This document shows, one piece after another, positions 50,996-62,879 of a DNA stretch of 64,000 bases (position 1 is its first letter; each line of letters begins with the position of its first letter). Source of the DNA: Octopus sinensis (lineage: Eukaryota); NCBI RefSeq assembly GCF_006345805.1, contig NC_043001.1, positions 83,514,001-83,578,000 on the forward strand. The letters run 5' to 3'. A program made the position numbers and the translations under genes. The notes under the pieces were generated by a model. The model saw only the letters and a program-made list of their open reading frames with translations. It did no database searches and was not told the origin of the DNA.

Positions 50996-52263
50996 CGAGG
51001 GGCGTTCAATAAGTAATGCCCCTGACCCACTTGCAGTTGTTAGATCTAGCTGAAATTTTGAGTGTGCAATTATTTGTCTCTCTATAGAGTAGGTGGCAAA
51101 TTACAGCTCTGAACTAATTGGGGTTTCTGATTTACAGGTGTTTGAACTGAGTCAAGTGTGAAATGGAGCCTGTTGAGTGTCGAGCAGTGATCTGGTTTTT
51201 GTATTTGAAAGGACGCACACCACGGGAGACTTTTGATGAAATGAAAGTAACTCATGGTAATGATGCCCTATCATATGACCTTGTAAAACGCTGGCATCGT
51301 GAATTCAAACATGGTCGGAACTCGGTGGAAACAGCTCCCAGATCTGGTCGCCCCACTTCTGCAATTGATGAGGCATCTGTCCGTCAAGTTGAGGCTGCCA
51401 TTTTGGAAGATCGACGAATAACTATTCGCCAAATAGCCCACAAGGTCAAGATTAGTACCGGGTCTGTGGAAACTATCATTCGTGACCATTTGCATATGCA
51501 AAAGGTGTCTGCCAGATGGATTCCCAGGTTGCTCACACCTTTCCAGAAGCAAGAACGCGTCGAGTGCTCGAGGATGAATTTGGAGATGTGCCAAGAAGAT
51601 GAGTCAAAATTTTTCAAAAGACTGATTACACAGGATGAAACCTGGGTCCATCACTATGATCCAGAGACCAAAGCCCAGTCAATGCAGTGGAAGCACCGTG
51701 ACTCACCTCCTCCAAAGAAGGCAAGGTCATGCTCACAGTCTTCTGGGACCAGGACGGAGTATTGATAACAGATTTCCTGGCAAAGGGTACCACAATTACA
51801 GGAGCCTATTATGCTTCACTTTCGAGGAAATTAAGAGAAACTATCAAAATCAAGAGGTGGGGCAAGATCAGCAAAGACATCCTCCTCCTGCAGGACAACG
51901 CTCCAGTCCACAACTCGCTTGTCGCTAGATCAGAAGCACAGGCGTGCGGCTATGAACTCCTCCCCCACCCCTACTCTCCTGACCTTGCACCCTCTGATTT
52001 TCACCTCTTCCCAACCATGAAGTTGTTTTTGAAAGGAAAGCGTTTCCCAGATGATGCAGCCTTGATTTCTGAAGTCACGTCGTGGTTGGAGGACCAAGCT
52101 GGGTCTTCTAAAAAAAACGGTCTCCAGAGCTGTATCAAACGATGGGAGAAATGCGTAACTCTGGGTGGTTCCTATGTAGAGAAAGACTAATAACTGTGCA
52201 AAGTTTCGTTGCTCTACTGCTATGGGAAGTGGGTTAGGGGCATTACTTATTGAACGCCCCTCG
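50996..52263 (+). mobile_element. Nearly intact mariner (irritans-like), 1268 bp
   Basis: 28-bp identical TIRs cgaggggcgttcaataagtaatgcccct, TA flanks; transposase in two overlapping ORFs (51163-51765, 51729-52190) with WIPRLLT, TQDETW, QDNAPVH, YSPDLAPSDF. Confidence 0.95.
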
Positions 52264-52469
52264 TAAGACTTACCTCTCACTGTTCTATGTGAATAATGTC
52301 TTGGTGTTCTGGTACCATGAGTAATTTTGGTGGACAAAACTGAGACGTAAACAACAGCCATTTCAATTGGCTGTTTTGAATCCTGCTCGAGACTGATACA
52401 CTTCAATAACCACTAAATAATCACGCACAATATATACTGACACACACGTTTCCCATTTCATTTTCGCTA

Positions 52470-53070
52470 TTAACCATCTTTACAATCTCCTTCGTATCTA
52501 TGATGGGGCCACAAACTATATGATGAAAATCCAGAGTTACTCGTGATTGATGAAGTTTTAATAAAAATGCAAAGGTGATTTATCAATTCAAAAATCGATA
52601 TCCACGAAATAATCATACTTTCTGATTTTTTAATGCTAAAATCCTTCCAGACAACCGTCTTTGTAATGCTGAAAAATATTGTAACCATTGGTCTAGCAAT
52701 CTGGCTGTGAAGAGGGAACAGACAAAGAGATAGACAGATGGACATAACACCTATCATAGTATGATAGCAAATCTTCGCATCTATGATCGCAAATCTAAAC
52801 CCTCTAAATTTAGAAACAATATGGGGTTAAATCCAGAGTTAATCCTCATCGCCAAAATTTTAACCAAAAAAATCAAAGGTGATTTATTAATACAAAACTC
52901 AATATCCACTATATAATCATACTTTTTCACATTTTTCTTTTTTTGCTAAAATCCTTCCTGATTACCTCCTTTGTAATTGTAAAAAAAACATCATGACCAT
53001 TGGTCCAGCCGTTTGACCATGAAGAGGGAACAGACAGACAAACGGACATAATGACCATTATAGTAAGATT
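52470..53070 (-). mobile_element. Two tandem units (about 300 bp) of a Helitron-like non-autonomous repeat
   Basis: 52470-52768 and 52770-53070 share aaaggtgattta, gctaaaatccttcc, ccattggtc, gaagagggaacagaca; each ends in a minus-strand A|TC start (atcatactatg, atcttactata). Confidence 0.6.
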
Positions 53071-53716
53071 ATTAACACTAATCTCAACATAAATTAAATC
53101 ATTTCATGTGAGTTTCTTGCATCACCATATGTACAACAACACTGTTGAAGTGTGCGTAACATAGTCTTTGGGGATATAGAATTAAAATAGTAAAATATTG
53201 TTTGTATTCAACATCCATCTTTTATTTATTGTGAGATTCGTTTTCCTAATTCTGGTGTTACTTTGGTGTTTTGTCTGTTTGTTGAGAAGAATAGGTGTAA
53301 CCAAAGGTGCATTACTGCACTGGAGGAATGGGGAGTGATGAGTGTATGTGATGTGTAAACATGTGTTCTGGGTGCTAACTGTGTAGTGTAGGAATTGTTG
53401 GTGTTACAGAGAAGAGGATATGTCATGTTATTTTATTCATTCAATGAGGATTGTGCAAAGTACACATCATGTATGGCGTAGTGTGTGTTATATTATTGGT
53501 GATATAATTGTAAAAACGTATGGGCACACTGGGCAGTTTCCCAGGGCTTCATGGGTATAGGAGGGCCAATTCTGATCTATTTATACTGTGGCTTGCTGTC
53601 AAGTAATACTTTACAGTCCAATGCATTTAGTTACCCAGGGAACTCTAATGCCGCTAAGACAGCTTCGTGTGTTGTGTGAGCTGCGTTATATTAATAGAAA
53701 GCACAAATGCATAAAG

Positions 53717-54260
53717 TATGTTGTTATGGATGGTATTATTGTGTAAAGTATGTTATATTAATGGATGGTATAACTGTGTAAAGTGTGTTGTTATATTAAT
53801 GTATACTAAAACTGTGTAATTTGTGTTATATTAATGGATGGCATAATTGTGTAAAATGTGTTGTTATATTAATAGATAGCATAATTGTGTAAAGTGTGTT
53901 GTTTTATTAATGGATGGTATAACTGTGTAAAATGTGTTGTTATATTAATAGATAGCATAATTGTGTAAAGTGTGTTGTTTTATTAATGGATGGTATAACT
54001 GTGTAAAATGTGTTGTTATATTAATGGATGGTATAACTGTGTAAAGTGTGTTGTTATATTAATGGATGGTATAACTGTGTAAAGTGTGTTGTTATATTAA
54101 TGGATACTAAAACTGTGTAATTTGTGTTATATTAATGGATGGTGTAATTGTGTAAAGTGTGTTGTTATATTAATGAATGGTATAATTGTGTAAAATGTGT
54201 TGTATGAGTTATGCTCTATTATTAGATGGTATAACTGTCTAGAATGTGTGTCATGTTATA
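53717..54260. repeat. 38-bp minisatellite, about 14 copies
   Basis: Unit ttgttatattaatggatggtataactgtgtaaagtgtg with variants. Confidence 0.92.
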
Positions 54261-54542
54261 TTAATAGATGGTGTAAAATATGTTATCTATGGAGTATATT
54301 ATGTTGCACATAGTGAAGGGTGAATTCTATGTGGTGCAGTATAAGTTGTGTATAAGGTTGTGTGGGCAAGTATACATTCATATGAGTGCCTGTGTGTGTG
54401 TTGTGAGTTTGGTTATGATGTAGAGACTGTTTCTGGCTCTGACAAGCCAAAGCTACATGACATAATCAGATTTGGCAGGTGAGTGCAGTGTGAAAAGTAT
54501 GTCTATGCAAATGTAGTGTGAATTAAGGTGAACATAGATTAC

Positions 54543-54656
54543 CTGAGAGATAGTCTTCACGCCAACAGTGTCAATATAACTCCAACTTGAAGCATCAATG
54601 ATAACAGTGGTGAGGTCGATATTGTAGTTAGAATTACCTGTATCATTAGCAGAGTC
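54543..54656 (-). CDS. SLC26: SLC26 STAS exon (DSANDTG...VIIDASSWSYIDTVGVKTISQ)
   Basis: IIDxSxxxYIDTVG matches the STAS DxSxxxxIDxxG motif; AG 54657-54658, GT 54542-54541; 114 nt. Missed by the ORF track. Confidence 0.93.
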
Positions 54657-55686
54657 CTGTGGAAAGGGAACGGTGATAGAGAACTGGCATAAAGCATATG
54701 GACAGTGAAGGATCAGTGTTAAAGTACTGGTATGTTACATATGGATAATAGGGGACAGTGAATGTAGAGAATGAAATTGAACTGGTATATTTACTTGTTT
54801 ACAGTCAGTAAATTTTGGACATGCTGGGGCACTGCCTTGAAGGGTTTAGTCGAACATATTTATTTAGTTTTTTTTAAGGCTGATTGTTATGCTATCAGTC
54901 TCTTTTACCAAACCTTCTAACTTAAAGGTTGTAAACAAATCAACACTGGTTATCAAGTGGTAGTGGAGGACACAACACAAACATATATGTGTGACATCAT
55001 CATCATCATCATCGTTTAACGTCTGCTTTCCATGCTAGCATGGGTTGGACGGTTCGACTGGGGTCTGGGAAGCCAGGAGGCTGCACCAGGCCCAGTCTGA
55101 TCTGGCAGTGTTTCTACAGCTGGATGCCAATCCTAATGCCAACCACTCCATGAGTGTAGTGGGTGGTTTTTACGTGCCAGACGAGTCTGGCAAACGGCCA
55201 CGATCTGATGGTGCCTTTTATGTGCCACCGGCACGGAGGCCCAGTCAAGGCGGCGCTGGCAACGGCCACGTTCGGATGGTTCTTTTACGTGCCACCCACA
55301 TTATCCATTTGTAGTTATTTATTTATTTATTATTCACCACTCTGCAGGGTGGTTGGTGTTAGGAAGAGCATCCAGCCATAAAAACCATGTCAAAACAGAC
55401 ACAGTAGCCTGGGGTAGCCTTTTACTTGGCCAGCTGCTGTCAGACAGTGCAACCCATGCCAGCATGGAAGGCGGATATTAATTGATGATGATGAAATATA
55501 TATATATGCGTGTGTGATTGGTTTCTTTCAGTTATTGTCTACCAAATCCACTTACAAGGCTTGGGTCAGCCCAGGACTAAAGTAGAAGCCATTTGTCCAA
55601 ATTGCTACACAGTAGGACTGAATCCAAAACCATGTGACTGAAAAGCTTACCGCGTGCGTGTGTGTGTGTTAATAAATGGTAATTAC

Positions 55687-55830
55687 TTTTTTGATGTTTT
55701 GAATTTTCGTTTTCAGTTTTCTTGGATTGACAGCCGTCATTTCATAGATACGGTGTTTGAAGTTTTCAGCATTGGCAAAATAGAGTGAAGCTTCGAAACG
55801 GAAAATTTTGACACCATTAATTTGGACAGC
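55687..55830 (-). CDS. SLC26: SLC26 STAS N-terminal exon (AVQINGVKIFRFEASLYFANAENFK...)
   Basis: GVKIFRFxxxLYFAN STAS signature; AG 55831-55832, GT 55686-55685; 144 nt. Confidence 0.96.
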
Positions 55831-57022
55831 CTGACAAAAGAAAAAGAAAAATGTTAAAGACATAAAATGAGGGAGAGAAAATACACACACTCACAAAGTT
55901 TTAATTTATACTGATCCTAGTTGGTGTTTGATTTAAATAGCAACTACTATAAAGATCGTTCTGTGGGTACAAGGACGAAAGGGTATTTGTTCTCTGATCA
56001 GAGTATGAAATTATGAAACATGACAGGACAGTCTCTTATTTTACTGAGTGTGAGGGGAGTAGCAGGATAAACTCACACATATGGGGCGCCAGAGTGAGGG
56101 CTTAAAAATCTGTAGTTAAACTACTTTGGGAAACATTAAACCAGTCCATATACTATTCCTTATTTATCACCATAACCCATATCTTGCTACTCTTCCCGCT
56201 TCTTTCTTTCTGAATCTCAAGTTTGGAGTAAAAATAAAGGATTGCATTGAATTTATTGCTATTTGATTTACCCTTCTGTCACTGCTTATCATCACTCCTT
56301 CTTCTCAAAGTCACTCTTTTAATGATACCCATCACCACTTTTGAGACACAGTTTTTTGGTATGTGTAGCCAAAAAGACCAAAGTGGTTGACAAATGAACA
56401 GATATCATAGGACCAAAAGAACCCCTTAAGTCTTGTCTTATTGAGGATATGACAACCCCTCTGATGTTGGTGTCACAATAAAATGCACCTGGTACACTCT
56501 GTAAAATAACTGGTTTTAGGAAGGGCATCCAGTAGAAACTGAGTCAAAATGAAAGGGTGAGCAAGGTGCAGTTTCCCTGACTATGAATAAGAGGACAGTA
56601 ATTCTGAATATGAAATAACTAGAACTGCAATAATCTATCCAACCCATGGCATATGGAAAGTAGATATATAATAATCCTTTCTACTTTAGGCACAATGCCT
56701 GAAATTTGGGGGAGGGTACTAGTCAATTACATTGACCCCAGTGTTTCACTGGTACTTAATTTAACAACCCCAAAAGGATGAAAGGCAAAGTCAACCTCAG
56801 CAGAACTTGAACTCAGAACATAAGGATGGATGAAATGTTGCTAAGCATTTTGTCCAGCATGCTAACGATTCAGCCAGCTTACCCAGACATAATAACGATG
56901 GTGATGGAGAAATTACATTTTTATTTATGAAGTCATTACACATATTATGCAGGGCTTTCCCAGAAGCTTATAGAATTTCAGTACTGTTGAATAGAGATAT
57001 TTTTAAAAAAGGGGCAACTTAC

Positions 57023-57092
57023 TGATGGATATACTGACACATCCCTGTAAATATCTGTGTTAGGCAGTTGACCAAGTAAACAAGAATAGGGT
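57023..57092 (-). CDS. SLC26: SLC26 linker exon (RPYSCLLGQLPNTDIYRDVSVYPS)
   Basis: PxxxLLGQxPxTDIYxD motif; AG 57093-57094, GT 57022-57021; 70 nt, phase 2 to 0. Confidence 0.94.
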
Positions 57093-57256
57093 CTGCAAAA
57101 GAAACATCAGTCGATAAATTAATTTCATCTTTAGAGATAAAACTTTTCTAACCTTCTTTAAGCAATATTTCTACTAAAATACATTGTCATTATTAAGCTG
57201 GTGTTTGGGACATAATATGAAATTTTAATCTAAGTTTTTAATTTAAATCACCTTAA

Positions 57257-57484
57257 CCCTTTTGAGACACGGTGTTTTGGTATGTGTAGCCAAAAAAGAC
57301 CAAAATGTTTTTTCTATTGAGATCAAAAATGATGGGTGCATGTAGAATATAAAGGATAAAGTGTCCAAAACTACTTTATTAGTATGTAAAACTATATACA
57401 TATTATATAGTTTTATACATATACATATATATATATTATATAGTTTTATACATATACATATATATATATTATATAGTTTTATAC

Positions 57485-57515
<31 letters not shown>

Positions 57516-58164
57516 GTGGAGGCGCAATGGCCCAGTGGTTAGGGCAGCGGACTTGCAGTCGTAGGATTGCAGTTTCAATTCCCAGACTGAGCATTGTGAG
57601 TGTTTATTGAATGAAAACACCTAAAGCTCCCTGAGGCTCCGGCAGGGGGTGGTGGCGATCCCTGCTGTACTTTTTCGCCACAACTTTCTCTCACTCTTTC
57701 TTCTGTTGGCTTGCTCACTTAGCCAGCGGGGTGGCGTCATTTGAAGGCTAAAACAATGCGAAACGCACTGTGACCAGAAATGTGTAGCAGCATCTGATAG
57801 CCTGGTCGGTCACAGTGATATATATATATATAATTTTATAGCATATCTAATGAAAGACGATCTCCGATTGGCTACTAGACCTCAAAACATTTGTTTCATT
57901 GGGCTGATGGATTGGCCTCAGTTTTTTCAGCTTGTATCACTTGGGCCAATCAGTTGGCCTGGGTACCCCAAGAAGGTTAAACCTTTTGTTACAATATTTC
58001 TATTGCCATTGTTTCAATTTTTGAAAACAATGAAAAATTAAGTAAACTATCTTTATTAAACTGGTGCTTGGGACAAAAATTAACATGAAATTTTGATGAA
58101 GGTTTTAAATGTAAATTCGGGTCAAGAAACCATGGACAGTCCAAACAGGCAGATATCAAAGGGG
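57257..58164. mobile_element. TTAA-flanked (piggyBac-like) non-autonomous element containing a 33-bp triple repeat and a SINE D
   Basis: ttaa-CCCTTTTGA...TCAAAGGGG-ttaa at 57253-57265 and 58156-58168; three 33-bp units at 57401-57499. Confidence 0.5.
57516..57820 (+). mobile_element. SINE family D, full length
   Basis: A-box-like tggcccagtgg, B-box-like gtttcaattcc; matches 38903-39172. Confidence 0.82.
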
Positions 58165-59365
58165 TTAATATTTACTTTCTTTGTTGTCCTGAGTAAGATT
58201 TTAAACTGTGTCTAGTAGTGGGGTCCTTGTTTAGGAGTTCCAGGGTTCTGAGAAGTGAAGGCCCACCTTTTAGTCACTACAGTTCCCAGGTTTACTTTGA
58301 CCTGGAGTAGTAGCAACTGTCAGGGTCCCAGCTATGGGTTAATTAGCATATTATATTTCTTTCTTTATTGCCCATAGGGGGGACAAATAAGGACAGACAA
58401 AGGGATTAGTCAGTTAAATCAACGCCAGTGCGTAACTGGTACTTATTTAATCAACCCCGAAAGAATGAAAGGCAAAGTTGACCTTAGTAGAATTTGAACT
58501 CAGAACATAGCAGCAGACAAAATACCACTAAGCATTTTGCCTGGAATGCTAATGATTCTGCCAGCTTGCTGCTCTCAGCATATTATATTAGGGTTTGTGC
58601 ATATGATGACTGGATCCAGCAGATTCTATGGATGAAACTTCCATGGTTTAACAGAATGGAAGGTTGCTGCAGCTACACATAGTAGGGTGTACAAAGCAAG
58701 ATGAGGTGAGCAATACATCTTGTTCATTCACTGTATCTGCCATACCTAGGACACTATCCATAGTAATAGTTCATCATCATCATCATCATCGTTTAACATC
58801 CGTTCTCCATGCTAGCATGGGTTGGACAGTTCGACGGGGATCTGGGAAGCCAGAAAGCTGCACCAGGCTCCAGTCTGATCTGGCAGTGTTTCAACAGCTG
58901 GATGCCCTTCCTAACACCAACCACTCTGTAGTGCTTTTTACGTGCCACCGGCACAAAAAATCATTGCCTCATTAACTGTCCATAGTTGATTATCCCTTTT
59001 GCATTCAGATTTTTCTGTCAAATGTAAAGCTTATTTATTCCCATTGTCTTGTATTAGAGGTTATATGGTGTGCTTAAAGCAGAATTCCATTTTCTTAAAG
59101 AAAAGAGTGTTTTATGATGCTTCAGATATGGTATAATGTAACACAACTTATCTCAGACATTTAAACAGCATAGATATTATGGTAAATAAGAATACAAATT
59201 TGCATACATTGAGAGAGAGAGAGAGAGAGACAGAGAGACACAGAGAGAAAATGTAAATAGAATATAATACATATTGTCATCTATATGACGAGTGGGGCTG
59301 TAATGTAATACTTTGCTATATTGATTTAAGAGAAGGAAAGAATGAAAAAGAGAAAAGAGGGTAAC

Positions 59366-59472
59366 CTTGAAGAACGAGCCAGGACTGTGAGTAGTGAGAA
59401 AATAACACCCACTGCAAGACCATAGTCAACATCTAAGATGACAGTTCCAAGAAAAGAAACTAGCCATACACC
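59366..59472 (-). CDS. SLC26: SLC26 last transmembrane exon (GVWLVSFLGTVILDVDYGLAVGVIFSLLTVLARSS)
   Basis: Matches SLC26 TM13-14 (WxVxFxxTVxLDVDYGL); AG 59473-59474, GT 59365-59364; 107 nt, phase 0 to 2. Upstream exons lie outside the window or were not found. Confidence 0.94.
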
Positions 59473-60065
59473 CTGAAAATACAAAAAAAAAAGAAAGAAT
59501 TAGATGCCTTTATATAATGTAAATATGTATATATAATTAATAAGAAAAATAAGAAAATAGAGATAAATCAATTAATAATTGATTTTATTAATTACAAAAA
59601 TAGACATAATCTCTGACAGCGATTTTGATTCAAACTTTAATTTATCTCTATTTTCTTAATTTTCTTAAATAAATATAAACCTCAGCTTATTTAAGTACCT
59701 ATTTTTGAATATTAAACCTAATATTCAAAATAAGTAATAGGTAAGAAACCAGTAAATTCATTGGATATAATTATCCCTTAATGAGGCTTATTTAACCTCT
59801 AATTGAACTTTTATATATAATTAATAAATGGAAGACAAATGAACAAGAGTTAAGTAATGACTTTCATCAGCTTACTGCTGTTTTGGCTATAAGGCACCAT
59901 GCACCCAAAGATGAGTACTAGTGTGACATCTTATAACTTCTTCAGAGCTAATTACAAAAAGTATTTCTTCATTGAGAAAAGCATTTAAATATATAGCTGT
60001 ACACATACAGACAAAAAAATTCACATCTCAGTGTTAAAATTTATTAACACTGTGAGGTATAAGTA

Positions 60066-60954
60066 TTGGGTCATCCCATAAATAATGTGGTTTTTTAAAA
60101 TACTTCTTTTATTTTTCAGAATTAAGATAAAGAAAATTCTTTTTTAATCTAAAATATACTCTCCTTCATTTTCAACAATGTTCTTCCATCTAGCTGATAA
60201 ATTTGCAAGGACCCTCTTCCAAAATTCACTAGTCCATGACAAAAATTACTCCTCCATTACTGTTCTAACCTCGTCTACAGAATTTATATTTTGCCCATCC
60301 AAATGATTTTAAAAACTGCAGAATAAATAATAATCAGATGGGACAATGTCTGGTGAATATGGTGGGCGGGGCATCACTTCCCATTCAAACTGCTTCAACT
60401 TTGGAATGTCATCCTTGCTGTATGTGGCTGAACATGATCCTGATGGAAGAACATCTTTCATCTTGAAACCAAAGATAGTCATTTTTCTTCTAGTACTGAC
60501 TCCAATAACTGGTTGAATGACCAAATCCAAGCTTCTCTGCTAGTTCCTCAACTGTTGCAATATGTTTTTGTTGAGCTCTACAGATATTCCAGGACGAGGC
60601 TCATCTTCTAGGCTGTAACTTCCAGCACAGAACTTCTGGAACCACAGTTGAGACTGGCTTACGCTTATTGTCTGATCCCTATATACTGCATCTATATTCC
60701 TCGCATTTTCTGTTGCGTTGGTGCCTTTATTGAACTCATAAAGCAAAATATGCCAAATATGCTCCTTTGCCACTTCCTTTATAGCTTTGAAAAGATAACT
60801 GTTAAAATCGAACTTCACTCTTCAAAACTTGCACTAAGAATAAATTCAAGGTAAAGTTACTATATAGCAAGTTGAAGCAGGTAGTTTATCCTGTCCTCCT
60901 CAGACTTTTAGTTCATGCAATTGAAAAAATTGCATTACTTATGGGATGACCCAA
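60066..60954 (-). mobile_element. Internally deleted mariner (889 bp) with both TIRs
   Basis: TIRs ttgggtcatcccataa(a/g)taatg, TA flanks; N-terminal HIWHILLYEFNKG...WFQKF and C-terminal PPYSPDIVPSDY remain, middle absent. Confidence 0.9.
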
Positions 60955-61069
60955 TATATTGTATTCTAACAACTGGTTATGGGTACTTCTATGACAAAGT
61001 GAATTATAATACTTATACCATACATACACCATTCTCCTCTTATGTTCATTTCCAGACACAGAAACATTT

Positions 61070-61900
61070 CTATAAGTGTCTGGACTGTTGCCATGGATTG
61101 ACCTTGAACTCTGCTGTGCATGCACACTATGCTTTAACATTCTAGCTCACTTCTGCTGTTTACAGCAGTGCTTGGAAGGAAGGTGTGTAGTGTATGATTA
61201 TCGTATTGACCATGACAGAGGAAGTTAAGAAGAGAATCTGCATCAAATTTTGTCAAAAGTTTGGCGATACTTGTTTAGAGGGCTATGCAAAGTTTTCAAA
61301 AAGTTTTCATTATTCTCAACAGAATCAAGGAGATCTTGTGCAACTGAAACCTGAGTGTCTTTTTGGTCAGCTGAAAGCAGTTTTGGCACAAACTTGGCAG
61401 ACATGTGCCTCATACTCAAATCTTCATTGATAATAGACTGAACTGAACTGTAACTAATCTGCACATCCTCTGATAACTCATGGATGGTGATTCAGTAATT
61501 TCCCCTCACAACTGCATGCATATGATGTTTTTCTCATTTCTGCTGGTTGCAGGTCTCCCAGAATATCGACATTTTTTCGGCCATCTTGGAAATATCTGAA
61601 CCACTCGTACACTTGTGTGTGGCTCATATACTCCTCTCCATACACTTTCTGCAACTTTGTGCAGGCCTTTCAGCAGGTATTGCTGTGACGACTTCCTCTG
61701 TCATGGTCAATGCAATGATCACATGCTACACACCTTCCTTCCAAGCACTGCTATAAACAACGGAAGTGAGCTAGAACGTTAAAACTTAGTGTGCATGCAC
61801 AGCAGGGTTCAAGGTCAATCTTTGACAAGCAGCTTCACTCTGCATTCTTTAGCTTCAATACTATGGCAACAGTCCCGATACATACTGATCATACCTCGTA
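61070..61900. mobile_element. Mariner foldback derivative made of two inverted left ends
   Basis: 61095-61235 is the reverse complement of 61690-61815; both lead into a transposase start (KRICIKFCQK on +, SAKFVPKLL on -). Confidence 0.72.
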
Positions 61901-62539
61901 CATAACTTTGTCCTTATTTTATTGTTTGCTGTATTTACATTCTCTCTCTTTCTTTCTGTATATATACACACACACACACATATATTATAAATGAAAGGCT
62001 CCAATTTCCAGTACTTGGAGTTGCTCGTTTCCGATCAACAGCTGGTAAATTGAGCCTGGTTTTCTTTTGCATATCCACTGTCAGAATATTTTTTGAAATA
62101 TGAAATGAAACTTTGAAAGAAATGCATATTCTTATAGTTTTTTCATTTAAAAACCATTGTGAACAACACATGTGAAGACAACTGCTTCAAGTTCATGGTT
62201 TTGATTTAATTTCTGATTCTCCTGGTAAAATTGTTCTCAACATTATAAACTGTATATTGCATTTCTGTTTAAGCAATGTTCCAAAATAATACTTTTAATT
62301 AATGTTTTCAAAAACAATAAGTGTCTATGCAGGTGTTCATTTTGCATGTGGCTGTGCAAAAGAATACATATATACATATATACATAAACAGAATTATATA
62401 TTTATGTATACATATACACATATGCCTATATACATATACTTACATATAGACATGCACACAAACATATTAAAACATATATCAATAAAACCCATTAATCAAA
62501 CATTTCAAAGATCAATGTCTTTTTTCTGAACCAGAACAA

Positions 62540-62810
62540 GATTCAAGGAGGCTTGTATTTGCATAAAAGATACTTAGCCATATGCATACAAGGCGTTAAC
62601 AGTTCATTTCCTTTGTTCAAACTATTGGCGCCTTGAGTCAAAATACTCAGTTTTTCATTCAAACAAAAGTCACACTGTATCTTTGATTTGAGGTTTCCAT
62701 TCCTGTAAGGTTGCGTATTATCTACAATAGACCAGGTAATTTTGAATTCATGAGGACTTGTCTCACACAAGAACCATATAAATTTTGACAAAGCTGAGCA
62801 CATTTTCTAT
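62540..62810 (-). pseudogene. Penelope-like GIY-YIG C-terminal remnant
   Basis: SALSKFIW...FKITWSIV...PYRNG...CDFCLNEKLSIL...LNKGNELLTPCMHMAKYLL follows the PLE pattern LSKxIW..IxWxI..CxLCLxEKxxI..LNKxxELxxxCxHxxK. Confidence 0.75.
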
Positions 62811-62879
62811 CAGGGTTATGCTTGTGCTTGTGCTTGTAATGCTTATGCTTGTAATAACGGTTTTTGAATGTGAGTTCCA

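Noticed and set aside
53195-53300. Possible Penelope endonuclease tail (RIRKTNLTINKDG) on minus strand
   Set aside because: Too short and interrupted by stops to support without a profile search.
58690-58765. Candidate SLC26 exon (VLGMADTVNEQDV)
   Set aside because: No proper splice sites; the expected linker exon is at 57023-57092 and joins in phase.
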